Source: an uncultured Holdemania sp. (GTDB lineage Bacteria > Bacillota_I > Bacilli_A > Erysipelotrichales > Erysipelotrichaceae). Taken from it: a DNA stretch of 64,000 nucleotides. The notes beneath the pieces are model-generated. The model was not told the DNA's origin and did not search any database. It saw nothing but the letters and a program-made list of their open reading frames with translations. Location of the stretch: assembly GCA_964370435.1 (NCBI GenBank), contig CAYJJG010000007.1, positions 13,475-77,474 on the forward strand. The letters run 5' to 3'. Position 1 is the first letter of the stretch. Each line of letters begins with the position of its first letter. The position numbers were made by a program, and so were the translations under genes. Of the stretch, positions 56,199 to 64,000 are shown one piece after another.

Positions 56199-56703
56199 TG
56201 TTTCCCCTTTCCTTGACTATATCAATTCTAATTTTTTTAAAAAACATTATTTTTTAATTCATTTTCTTTGGTCACTTAGAAGAAACCAACATAGAAAAAG
56301 TCTTTTTCATGAAAACTATCCTCTATTTTATCACTGTAACAGTGCGTACAATAATACCTCTCCATTTTTTCACATTAATATAATAATTATAATGTTATGT
56401 TATGAAAAAATAGAATTACAACAATTTGCACGACACCTATTATAGGTAATCCGACTGTGAAGTAATCTTTATTTATCTTACGCCTCCCTCTTTTATTATT
56501 CTAACAAACTCTTTACTACACCTTCAAGTGATTTAATATAATCTTTTTCACTCTAACTCATGTTTTTATTTATATTTAGAACACTTAATGAAGCAGTTTG
56601 TACAGATTCACTGCTTGGAAATCTTGATTTAAAAAAAGAAAAAGACCTATTAGCATTCATCAAGTTTAAACACTTGTCTGAACTAATAGATCTATCTATG
56701 TTT

Positions 56704-59700
56704 TTAATCTATACTTTCTACACTTCCATTTTTATTTTTTGATAATATTATCGCTAATATATCTACAACAAGAAGCATACTGAATATTAAACTGTATTCA
56801 TCAAACATAGCCATCGGGTTTGTAAAGTCTTGGGTTACAAACAACAATACTATGGAAATCAAGGCTAGTAAAATCAATATAATTGAATGTCTTTTCCTTT
56901 TAGCACTATATTTTTCTTTAGTTTCTTCATCAAATCTATCTACTTCACTTTTTTTCTTTTTAAATAAAACTAGATAAGCTAATGCATTTATACATAAAAT
57001 AATTACAGTAATTAAATTAAATATGCTCCACACATCTGCTTCTTCCCATTGATATGCACTAACCGGAACTCCATTTTCCACTATTATTGACGTGGTGTAT
57101 GTTTCTTCTCCAACTTGCATAGTAATCTTGTGTTCTCCATCTGGTAATGTTGAAAGGAACTCTTCTTCAAACACTATTCCTGTTTCAGTGATAGTGAAAT
57201 CGTCTGGAGAAAGCTCAGTTCCATCCACTTCAATTTTTGGTGGTTCTTGGTTTTCTGGTTGAACCGGTGGAGAAGGCAATTCTCCATCATCAAGATCAAT
57301 AAGCGGCTTATCTGGCGTAGGTGTTGGTGTTGGGCTTACTTCTGGCTTCACGGTTTCATTTGGCATTTGTGTTTCAACCGGCTCTGTCGTCGGCAATGGT
57401 GTTGAAGACGGTGTAGTGGTTGGCTCTTGTGTTTCATTCGGATCGGTTGTCGGTAATGGTATCGGTGATGGGGTTGGGGTTGGTTCTATATTGTCAGTCG
57501 GTGGGATAATAATCACACTAAATGAATATAGATACTCCCCTACTTTGACTCCATCTTCGTTTACTTTTGTAAGCTCAACATACGCTATTTCCATGTTTTC
57601 GCTAACAGTCTTATTCCATGTACCATTTCTAAATCCACTATTTGCTTTCATTCCAGTTGGAACTCCAGTTATTTTTCCTTTTGCATCAATTTCATTTGAC
57701 CAACCATCATTTTCATTATAGAAAGTGATAATTTTTTGAATAGTATCCGTTTCATTATCTGCCCATGTACCATTTTTAATATCAAACTGTATTATTGCTT
57801 GATATTTATCTGGAATATTATCAGGCTGATTAATACTTGGGATGCCATCTATTGTTTCACCTTCACCTAAGATATCCTCTTCGAATACCGCATTTAAGGT
57901 GTAATTATCTGGACCATTTTCATTATCAGTATTTTGAGTTAATTCCCACCCCATAAACACCGATAAATCTTTGGTAAGATTTTTAACCATATTGTCTCCA
58001 GTATAATTTAATACTAATTTATTAAAATCACTAATAATAGTTCCTTCTGTCATTTGGTCTGATGTACCACCATTTAAGTTTATCGTGATAGTACTTTCAT
58101 AGTCGATTTTTTCATCGTCGATGACTAATTTTCCTAAATCTTCATCAAAAGTATAGTATTCTATTGTAGGCTTTTCAACAAATGAATGCACATAGCTCTT
58201 AAATGGTTCTAAGCTTGAAATATCACCATCCGTGGTTTTTGTGATTTTTGTTGGAATTGTAATGCTTTCTACAGCTACAGTACTTTCATACCACTTACCT
58301 GTATAATTCGAATAATTGGCATCTGCTTTCATTCCTACTGGCGTTTCATTTAAATTAGCCTCCGCACCTGTTTTATTAGATAGGCTTCCACTTGAATCTC
58401 TAAACGTGATTACTTCAATTATTCTTTCATCACTTAAGTCATTCCATACTCCATTTTCAATATCATAATAAATAACCGCTTGATATTTATCTGCTACTCC
58501 ATCTGGCTCAAATTCATTTCCTATTGTATCAACTAGATAATTTGCAGTTAATGTTATTTGTCCATTCTCTTTTTCATTCCATGTCCAACCAATAAAAACA
58601 GCATTATCTTTAGTTGGATTTTTTAATTCACTAGCATTTGCAAAGGTATAATCTTCTTTTACAGCATGAAGTTCTTCATTTTCATCTCCATAAGGATTGC
58701 CACTAAATGATCCGCCATTTAGTATTAAATCTATCCTTGTACCGTATGTCACTGTTTTACTAGCTTTATTAAATACTTCTCCTGTTGATGATTCTCCACT
58801 TTCATTAAACTCAACAGTTTGACTGCGAAGTGAGAACACATATACATAGATTTGTGGTCCCTCTAAATCATCATAATGACTTGTTTTTGTGATAACACTA
58901 GGTGGTATATTTCCATTTGAAGTAAGTTTTATTAAATCTCCTTCTTCGCTTTCATAATACCACTCTCCGCTATTTAATAAGTAGCCATTATCGATATCTG
59001 CTACCATACCTGTCGGAACATTAAGGTTTGCCACTAAATCATCGCTTGATTCAGATTCTTCAAATACTAGCTTTTGTTCGATATTTTCAATATCTGCATT
59101 ATCATTACTCCATGTACCACCCACAACTTTGAAAACAATTATATCTTTTTCAACGAACTGTGCTACAAGGGTTATAGGCTCATTAGGCATTAATGAATTG
59201 CTTATTTCCCATACAGCTCCATCTTCTAATTTCCAACCTGCAAAAGTTAAATCATTATTATTTGCATAATTTTTAACACTCTGTAAAACACCACTTGGCA
59301 CTGCGACTAGCTCATCAACGTTATTCTCTGCACTTACATTGCTTTCACCTTCAACTTTAAATGTTACCAAAGGAATCCACTTAGCATAGAATGTAACATC
59401 ATAATTTGGTGTTATATAGCTATTAAAATCTATCTCTCTATTGTGTGAAGCTGGATTTTTTAATACATACCATCCATCAAAAACAAATCCCTCTCGAATT
59501 AAATTAGTTGGTATGGCATTTATTAAATCCTGTTCTTCCGATAATTTTGTTCCCTCAATTACATCTTCTATAACTACATTACTAGGAGATTTTTCATAGT
59601 TATAATCAAAAGTTAAATCATAAGGTTTTAGCACCCTTGTTATATTAACAGCTAAATTCGCAGTAAATCCTGTCCCTGAAGTTGTTACTACACTTATAGG

Positions 59701-62700
59701 AATCGCCGTTCCTGCAGCAGCATTTTTTAATTTATCTTTAACATTTTGTAAATCTTCATCACTAATAGAAAAAATACCTTCCCCATCTTTAACGTAGTCC
59801 AAACCTTCTCCTGTGTTTGGGAATTCTTCTGTTTCAGCTAGTGGGTTTATTTTTGCTAAAAGGCTATTTTCTAATTCATCAAGAGTAACACTTAATAATG
59901 AATTTACTTCTTCTTGACTTAGTTCAACATTGGTAATATTAAAATTTTGATCTTCACTATCGTTTTCAGTAAACTCTGGAACACCAATCTTACCTACATA
60001 TACGGAATATTTAACCGTACCCGAATTGGTTGAAGCATAAAAATCAAAACTATAGGTATGTGACATTGTATCAGTAGGCTTTAAAGTGTATTTTACAACT
60101 TCATTAACTCCTGTATTTGGCCAATAATATACTTTATCACTAGTTGTATAATTGGTTATATTACCACTAACTTTTGTACCATTTTGATAATATAATCCAG
60201 CTGTATCGGTCACTGAGTCAGCCGTTTGTGTAGTGTTATTAATAAATACATTACTTGGCTCTTGTATTTTTGTTATTTCGCTTCTTGAAACAGAAGTAAC
60301 TGATGCTACTTCGGCAAATATTTCTATTAAACGCTCGTATGAACCTAAAACAACCTTTGTTTCGTGGTTAAAACTTGCATATTCTCCCTCATAATTACGA
60401 GGAGTTTCACCTGATAGATTTAACGAGTTTGGATCTTTTGCACCCATTGCTCCCACTGAATTGGTATATGCTCCTTCAGAAGGATGCTCGACATATATAT
60501 TACCTACAAATCTATTATTAAAGACATCAGTTTTAATGTTAATATTTTTATTTGATGCTAATTCTTCAGGTATAAAAATCTGATCAATAACAGCTGATGG
60601 CACACCATCTACAAGACCAGTGTTTGATGAAGCAAATGCTTTTGTACCGATTGTTGTAATCGTTGTTGGTATTGAAACTTCAGTTAAATAATGTTTTAGA
60701 TCCTCGCTGTAAAATGCGTATTGGGAAACAGTTGTAACACCTTCCGGTAGCACTATACTTCTTAAATCCGATTGATAAAATGCATATTCGCCAATAGTTT
60801 TTAATCCCTCTGGCCACACAACATTTTCAAGTGTTATACATTTTTGAAATGCTTGTGTAGCAATTGCAGTTACTGGCATATTAAAGGATACATTTTTTAA
60901 AGCATTCATCGACTCAAAACTTCTATTATTGGCTACTGGAGTTATAAAATTTTCTATTTTATTATTTCCTAAAAAAGCAATTATACCTATACCTGTAACT
61001 GATGTTGGAATTTCAAATGTTGTATTTGCAGGGAGCTCATCTACAATGGTTGAAGATTGCAAATTAGGCGAATTGCTAAATGCCCCTGCACCAATATAAG
61101 TTAGATTTTTATGAAGCTCTACTGCCTGTAGTTTTGACATCAAATAGAAGGCGTTTGTACCTATTGATTTTAAATTAACAGGAGTCTTAACAGTTACTAA
61201 TTTACTTAAATTAGAGGAAAAAGATTTAAATCCAAGCGATAAAACAGGATATTGTTGACCTTCAATTTCAAAATACTCTGGTATTGTAATATGAGCAAGA
61301 TTCTTAGCATCCCCAACATATTTTTGTATAGTATTAGTTGAAGTGTTAAATAATCCATCAGTTAAGCCATTTCCATCTATATCAACTTCATATGTATCTT
61401 CATAAAAAACATTAAGATTTAATAAGCCTTCGTTATGATAATTTGTATGTCCCCAAGGGAAATTAGATTTATCTTCACTAGCTTTAAGATTTGGTAAATT
61501 TACTTCATACATGTTGTTCCAATAATTTGTATTGAAATAATATTGAAACATTACAGCGCTAAATGCAGGAGAAACTTCTGTCATAAGAGTAAAGTTTATT
61601 TCAGTTTGTTTTGGATTGCGCCAACTTCTTTCAAACAAAGCAGCTCCTACCCCTACAAACCCTGTCTTATTAACTATAACATCAGTTAAACTTCTACATT
61701 CCCTAAATGCCTTACTAGATATAAACAATTCATATTCTTTATATAAAGGTGAATTTTCATCAGCAGCTGCAAACTCAACAACTTCAACACCTGACCATTC
61801 AAATGCGGATTCACCAACAAAGTTAACATTTTTTCCAAAAGATATAGTTTTAAGTGACGATGTTGATTTAAAAGCTTCTCGTCCAATTGAAACTATACTA
61901 TCTCCAACTACAACTTCTCTTAGTGACGATGCTCCCTCAAAAGTGCTTAGTTCTATTGTTGTTATTTGACTGTCATCTGAAAAAACAACCTTCTCTATCG
62001 TATTATTTTGAGTAAAAGCAGTACCACTTAATTTTATGATTTCTACTTCTTGACCATTAATTGTCACAGAATTTGGTATTGTGATTTCTTTATCTTCACT
62101 TAGTGGATCATAGTACTGTATCTCCTTACTATTCAGTGCGATTGTATATCTTTCCTTTAGCCCATCACCGTCATAGTCATCTTCTACAACAACAATATCA
62201 TTATACGTAACATTTTGAACTATAGCTCCCCATGAAGCATTTTGTAAAAGAGGAGTTCCATCATCTTTTGTACTATTAGCATAAATCCTAAACACATCTA
62301 GTCTAGCTCCACCTAAAGTAAATTCAGCTTCTGCTATAGAATTTATATTAGTTCCATTCACTTCATCACCGATGTAAACTTCTGTAAAATTTGGGGAATT
62401 AAAATTGGATCCACTTATAGTTTCTACACTATATGGGATATAAATCTTACCACTAATTTCGTCTTTTCTTTGCGTATTGTTATTTTTATAAATATCAGTG
62501 TAATCATCATAAGATGCTACAATTTCAAGATTTACAGCACCTGGTTTCATCATATTTGTAAGACTTTTAATTGTACTAGATGGAAGGTAAAGTTCAGTTA
62601 AATAATCAAATGGTTTTGTATTCCAATGCGTTCCAAGAGATACAACACTAGCACCCTTTATAACTCCATCAATTTCATATTCTTCAATAACTAATGTTTC

Positions 62701-64000
62701 AAGATATTCACATCTAAAATAACCAGCTACTGTTTTAACATTATAAGGGTAAATTAATTTTGTAAATGAAGTTCTTGCTAAAGCATAGTATCCTATTGTA
62801 GTTAAACTTTCAGGTAAACGGTATTTTTTATCGCTTTCAATTACATCTTTATTAATGTAAGTATAAGAGTCTATTCCCCATTCAGCTATGTATTCAGCAT
62901 TAGTATCAATATAATTAAACTCGCTAATAAGTGAGTTGGCAAATGAATATTGATTTATCGTGGTAATTCCATTATGTAGATGTAGTTCTACCTTGCTTTT
63001 TGCTAACCCTGTATCCAAAGTTCTACCAAATGAATATGCGTTAATAACTTTAACTGTTGTTGGTATTGTAACTTTTGATAAGCTGTATGTGTCAAAAAAT
63101 GCATATGATCCAATGGTTGTTACCCCTTCTGGGATATTCGCTTCTATTACACTACTAGAAGAAAAAGCATGATCACTAATTGTACGTAAATCTGTAGTTT
63201 TTTTACCATCTACAGTCTTTGTTTCAAACGTAAGATTTTTTAAAGCTGAACTTGAAAATGCATACTTTCCTATTGATGTAACTGATGCTGGAATAGCAAT
63301 ATCAAATCCAGTTGAATCAATACCTACACTACTAAATGCGTAGTCCCCTATTGTAATTAGATTACTTGGTAAATTTATACTAGTTAATGCTTTATTATCT
63401 TGAAAAGCACTCGCTTGTATCGCTGTAACACTATCTGGCAAAGTTATAGATTTTAAAGGGTTATTAAAAAATGCTTTCGCACCAATAATTTCAACTTGGC
63501 TATTTTCTTCAAACTCAATAGCTTGAATCGAACGCCCTTCAAAAGTATTAGCTCCTATTTGTTTAACTGGAATATCATCAATAAAACTTGGAATAATAGC
63601 TATATCTTTTGGTGCTGGATCCCTATATGAATTTAAAACAACATAGTCTGCATCAACATCTGTTGTATCACCATCATTATTTCCATCAACTGCAGTATAT
63701 ATATAATTTAAAGCGTCGGAAACTAAAACAATTTCTAAGAATGTTTGTGTACTTCCCACTCCATCTTTATCTAAATAATTAACTATTACATCATATGTTG
63801 CACCTTTTGTTGCTTCTACTTGCGCTGTTGTTATGTCTCCAATCAAAGGATCAGGATTAATAACATCTGCTTGACTCCCTAACGAAGGCTCGATATCAAC
63901 AGATAATATTTCTTTTGCAAGGCTAATGTTTCCATCAGTTAATTTGCTAACTGTTAAAAGTAAAACTCGAGAATTATCAGCTGTTCCATTTCCATCTAAA
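56704..64000 (-). CDS. Giant cell-surface protein (over 2,430 aa, N-terminus outside the window): BspA-type leucine-rich repeats, Listeria-Bacteroides (InlB B-type) repeats, Ig-like modules, Pro/Thr linker and C-terminal TM anchors
   Basis: The track's start at 63846 is a TTG. The frame stays open to position 64000 (...LDGNGTADNSRVLLLTVSKLTDGNISLAKEILSVDIEPSLGSQADVINPDPLIGDITT...). Many LRR_5-like units are present (IPxSVTxIGxxAFxxCxxL). B-repeat signatures: FVFDGWYV, LTFAGWKL, AVFIGWTW, SVFMGWEL. There are three ~90-aa modules ending in VPTGM.A. Linker PTPTPSPIPLPTTDP.... Three C-terminal TM helices with a KKKKSE stop-transfer. No LPXTG. Confidence 0.85.
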   Translation of the reverse strand, partial: LDGNGTADNSRVLLLTVSKLTDGNISLAKEILSVDIEPSLGSQADVINPDPLIGDITTAQVEATKGATYDVIVNYLDKDGVGSTQTFLEIVLVSDALNYIYTAVDGNNDGDTTDVDADYVVLNSYRDPAPKDIAIIPSFIDDIPVKQIGANTFEGRSIQAIEFEENSQVEIIGAKAFFNNPLKSITLPDSVTAIQASAFQDNKALTSINLPSNLITIGDYAFSSVGIDSTGFDIAIPASVTSIGKYAFSSSALKNLTFETKTVDGKKTTDLRTISDHAFSSSSVIEANIPEGVTTIGSYAFFDTYSLSKVTIPTTVKVINAYSFGRTLDTGLAKSKVELHLHNGITTINQYSFANSLISEFNYIDTNAEYIAEWGIDSYTYINKDVIESDKKYRLPESLTTIGYYALARTSFTKLIYPYNVKTVAGYFRCEYLETLVIEEYEIDGVIKGASVVSLGTHWNTKPFDYLTELYLPSSTIKSLTNMMKPGAVNLEIVASYDDYTDIYKNNNTQRKDEISGKIYIPYSVETISGSNFNSPNFTEVYIGDEVNGTNINSIAEAEFTLGGARLDVFRIYANSTKDDGTPLLQNASWGAIVQNVTYNDIVVVEDDYDGDGLKERYTIALNSKEIQYYDPLSEDKEITIPNSVTINGQEVEIIKLSGTAFTQNNTIEKVVFSDDSQITTIELSTFEGASSLREVVVGDSIVSIGREAFKSTSSLKTISFGKNVNFVGESAFEWSGVEVVEFAAADENSPLYKEYELFISSKAFRECRSLTDVIVNKTGFVGVGAALFERSWRNPKQTEINFTLMTEVSPAFSAVMFQYYFNTNYWNNMYEVNLPNLKASEDKSNFPWGHTNYHNEGLLNLNVFYEDTYEVDIDGNGLTDGLFNTSTNTIQKYVGDAKNLAHITIPEYFEIEGQQYPVLSLGFKSFSSNLSKLVTVKTPVNLKSIGTNAFYLMSKLQAVELHKNLTYIGAGAFSNSPNLQSSTIVDELPANTTFEIPTSVTGIGIIAFLGNNKIENFITPVANNRSFESMNALKNVSFNMPVTAIATQAFQKCITLENVVWPEGLKTIGEYAFYQSDLRSIVLPEGVTTVSQYAFYSEDLKHYLTEVSIPTTITTIGTKAFASSNTGLVDGVPSAVIDQIFIPEELASNKNINIKTDVFNNRFVGNIYVEHPSEGAYTNSVGAMGAKDPNSLNLSGETPRNYEGEYASFNHETKVVLGSYERLIEIFAEVASVTSVSRSEITKIQEPSNVFINNTTQTADSVTDTAGLYYQNGTKVSGNITNYTTSDKVYYWPNTGVNEVVKYTLKPTDTMSHTYSFDFYASTNSGTVKYSVYVGKIGVPEFTENDSEDQNFNITNVELSQEEVNSLLSVTLDELENSLLAKINPLAETEEFPNTGEGLDYVKDGEGIFSISDEDLQNVKDKLKNAAAGTAIPISVVTTSGTGFTANLAVNITRVLKPYDLTFDYNYEKSPSNVVIEDVIEGTKLSEEQDLINAIPTNLIREGFVFDGWYVLKNPASHNREIDFNSYITPNYDVTFYAKWIPLVTFKVEGESNVSAENNVDELVAVPSGVLQSVKNYANNNDLTFAGWKLEDGAVWEISNSLMPNEPITLVAQFVEKDIIVFKVVGGTWSNDNADIENIEQKLVFEESESSDDLVANLNVPTGMVADIDNGYLLNSGEWYYESEEGDLIKLTSNGNIPPSVITKTSHYDDLEGPQIYVYVFSLRSQTVEFNESGESSTGEVFNKASKTVTYGTRIDLILNGGSFSGNPYGDENEELHAVKEDYTFANASELKNPTKDNAVFIGWTWNEKENGQITLTANYLVDTIGNEFEPDGVADKYQAVIYYDIENGVWNDLSDERIIEVITFRDSSGSLSNKTGAEANLNETPVGMKADANYSNYTGKWYESTVAVESITIPTKITKTTDGDISSLEPFKSYVHSFVEKPTIEYYTFDEDLGKLVIDDEKIDYESTITINLNGGTSDQMTEGTIISDFNKLVLNYTGDNMVKNLTKDLSVFMGWELTQNTDNENGPDNYTLNAVFEEDILGEGETIDGIPSINQPDNIPDKYQAIIQFDIKNGTWADNETDTIQKIITFYNENDGWSNEIDAKGKITGVPTGMKANSGFRNGTWNKTVSENMEIAYVELTKVNEDGVKVGEYLYSFSVIIIPPTDNIEPTPTPSPIPLPTTDPNETQEPTTTPSSTPLPTTEPVETQMPNETVKPEVSPTPTPTPDKPLIDLDDGELPSPPVQPENQEPPKIEVDGTELSPDDFTITETGIVFEEEFLSTLPDGEHKITMQVGEETYTTSIIVENGVPVSAYQWEEADVWSIFNLITVIILCINALAYLVLFKKKKSEVDRFDEETKEKYSAKRKRHSIILILLALISIVLLFVTQDFTNPMAMFDEYSLIFSMLLVVDILAIILSKNKNGSVESID
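57310..57512 (-). repeat. Pro/Thr-rich low-complexity linker with an imperfect ~48-nt tandem unit
   Basis: Encodes PTPTPSPIPLPTTDPNETQEPTTTPSSTPLPTTEPVETQMPNETVKPEVSPTPTPTP. The units (P)LPTTDPNETQEP and (P)LPTTEPVETQMP are visible at both DNA and protein level. Confidence 0.6.

Noticed and set aside
57416-63172. Track ORFs inside the giant surface-protein gene (57416-57721, 61616-61969, 61686-61886, 62960-63172)
   Set aside because: Opposite strand or alternative frame of a continuous coding frame of more than 7.2 kb. No independent signals.
1-64000. Searched by eye for CRISPR arrays, IS/transposase, integrase, phage, restriction-modification, toxin-antitoxin pairs and known defence-system genes
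   Set aside because: No regularly spaced direct repeats, and no ORF with transposase, recombinase, RT, nuclease-helicase or TIR/SIR2-type motifs. The window looks like core chromosome with a few accessory surface and regulatory genes.

Overview
This is an AT-rich (roughly 30% G+C by eye) chromosomal segment of a low-GC Gram-positive bacterium. The yunB/yunC pair, DUF1540, DegV and type III glutamine synthetase suggest a Clostridia or Erysipelotrichia-like spore-former lineage, but that is inference only. I can support about 55 protein genes, one tRNA-His, a TPP riboswitch, a tandem glycine riboswitch and several rho-independent terminators. Most of the content is housekeeping:
- a partial ThiT-like transporter
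- a riboswitch-controlled gcvT-gcvH-gcvPA-gcvPB-lplA-lpd operon
- pgi, asnB, cls, GSIII and a split chromate-transporter pair

I saw no CRISPR array, transposase, integrase, phage gene or recognisable defence system.

The most unusual locus is the rnfC-D-G-E-A-x-B operon with a divergent apbE (17.7-25.0 kb):
- RnfG carries four FMN_bind modules, two of which form a near-perfect 318-bp tandem duplication.
- RnfD is fused to a fifth FMN_bind module.
- RnfB is reduced to its N-terminal Fe-S domain, with no ferredoxin-type 2x[4Fe-4S] domains.
- A small Cys-rich membrane peptide is inserted between rnfA and rnfB.

Together this suggests an Rnf-derived complex with an extended extracytoplasmic flavin chain.

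Other accessory-looking items:
- a BlaI/BlaR1-type pair whose sensor carries an intact M23 peptidase domain
- a Bce-like two-component system with an orphan FtsX-like permease and a compositionally distinct divergent lipoprotein
- a GT2-GtrA-phosphodiester glycosidase triple fusion
- a cluster of c-di-GMP phosphodiesterase genes flanking two unknown genes
- a G+C-richer secreted beta-helix protein
- a giant (more than 2,430 aa, runs off the window) LRR/B-repeat surface protein anchored by TM helices

All family assignments rest on motifs read by eye. No database search was run.
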